Source of the DNA: Eledone cirrhosa
Lineage: Eukaryota
Assembly: GCA_964016885.1 (NCBI GenBank)
Contig: OZ024741.1
Coordinates: forward strand, 83,762,001-83,826,000
DNA: 64,000 nucleotides
Direction: 5' to 3'
Shown: piece after piece, positions 62,600 through 64,000 of the stretch
How the letters are laid out: the number at the start of each line of letters is the position of its first letter
How positions within the stretch are numbered: position 1 is the first letter of the stretch
Notes under the pieces: generated by a model
Database searches by the model: none
The model's input: only the letters and a program-made list of their open reading frames with translations
What the model was told of the DNA's origin: nothing
Made by a program: the position numbers and the translations under genes

Positions 62600-64000
62600 G
62601 TAAATTAATAGATATGTATGTGACTATTAGCCAAGGTTGTGTCTGCACACTGATGACAACCAATGTTAGTACTGAGGAAGGATGACCAGATTTAGTTCTG
62701 CGTCGAGACGTCTTTTATAACATTCCACTCTTTCCTGTTATTAGAGTAATGTAATGGCATATTTGATGCCCAAAGGGATTAGTTGTGAGTTGCAAATATT
62801 TGGTGGTATTCCCTCAAGAGGTCTATGCGTAATAGAATCACTAGCTTGAGGTAAAGAGGTAACAATAGTAAAATATAGCAGGTTGGGGAGTTAGCAAAAC
62901 TAGAAGAAGCAATTAGGAGTGACATTGCAACCGACAGGCTAGATACGAGAAGGGTTATGGACAATTTCCTCAATGCGAAACACGATGAATGCATAGTCGG
63001 AGCTGGTGCACGTCTTTTGACACTTAAGTAAACAAAAGCTGTTAAATGAGCCCGAGTAGCAGAGGTGCAGCATGTGAAGAAAACTCCAATTCAGACATTT
63101 TTGGACAAAGATGGATGCATGCTACTTGATTTAAAGCAGATCCGTGCGGTTCCTCGGCGTCTCTTTGAAATTATGATTGGGAAAAGCAGGAGTACGGAGA
63201 CGTTATCGGTCTAAAAGTGCATACCTTGTAGGCGTGCCTGGATTCTCTACCGAAAATACGGCACATAACTCTGTGCAACACAGAATTTAAGAATTTGACC
63301 AGAATGCTAGCAAGTTAGTTGGTGAAATGTGTATCAGGTTTCATCGGGGAAACACAGACATGCGTACTCAAAGACGTGGCAGACCTGCTTCGGCTTACAT
63401 AGATGACGTTACCGTGATATTGTCGAACACCTCGCAACTCGACGTCGTCGACAGCATCTTAGAGAAACTGAAAAAGTTGACGGGATAAAAAATCAACTCA
63501 TAAATGTTCGTGAGTTTGAAGCGCGGTACCTGGAATGGCAAATATAAGTTGTTCAACAGCTTCGTGTGAAGCTGACTGAATGAACCGATATATTTGCTAG
63601 CGTATAGTTTTGTCCGGACATCCTTGTGGATAGAAATTGAGTTAAGGTGATGAGCAGTGCGATCACCTCTTATAAATTTATCACTTACGGATCGGGTGGA
63701 GTTGTCGAACGCGTATATCGCATCTGTTATATGTTACCACATGAACGCCGTGCATTGCCCCAATTCGAATCTGACCAGATTGCAGCTTCTGCTCCCCCGT
63801 TGTGTGTCCGACAGGTTGCATTATCAGATGGTCCATTTCCTACCAACACACTTTGGCTTGGCATTCCGTGGCTGATGATGTTTCTCCCTCTAATAGAGCT
63901 GCAGTCTTGCCTCTCAACAACCAAGACTGGGCGGGTGGCATCTGGAATTTGTTCAGGGATCGCAGCTCTTTAGCATTTTGGAAAAGCGGTCAGTGACATT
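62600..64000 (+). mobile_element. Decayed Tx1/L1-type LINE ORF2
   Basis: SAYIDDVTVILSN..LTG*KIN (YADD motif) and LSLTDRVELSNAYIASVICY..VHCP, with many stops. The left boundary is approximate. Confidence 0.75.

Overview
AT-rich eukaryotic non-coding DNA with very dense (TA)n/(CA)n microsatellites. The SINE and repeat content resembles a cephalopod (octopus-like) genome; this is an inference from repeat style. No intact host protein-coding gene is supported, and most entries in the ORF track are microsatellite artefacts. The window holds many decayed transposons: RTE, L1/Tx1, R4/Dong and CR1/Jockey-like LINE relics, Penelope-like elements (RT plus GIY-YIG), an internally deleted mariner, and tRNA-derived SINEs. 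The main hidden signal is a dense set of roughly 20 type I hammerhead ribozyme (HHR) motifs, intact to degenerate, from about 10 repeat families. They lie in non-coding tandem arrays (about 430, 524, 531 and 610 bp units; retrozyme-like) and in fold-back Penelope pLTR-like modules embedded in (TA)n tracts. Some have U3:A8 covariant cores or long stem II insertions, and some element ends fall at or near the predicted cleavage site. Two GC-richer islands may be decayed, mutually related SF3-helicase (ssDNA virus-like) relics; this is speculative. All calls are by eye and no searches were run.
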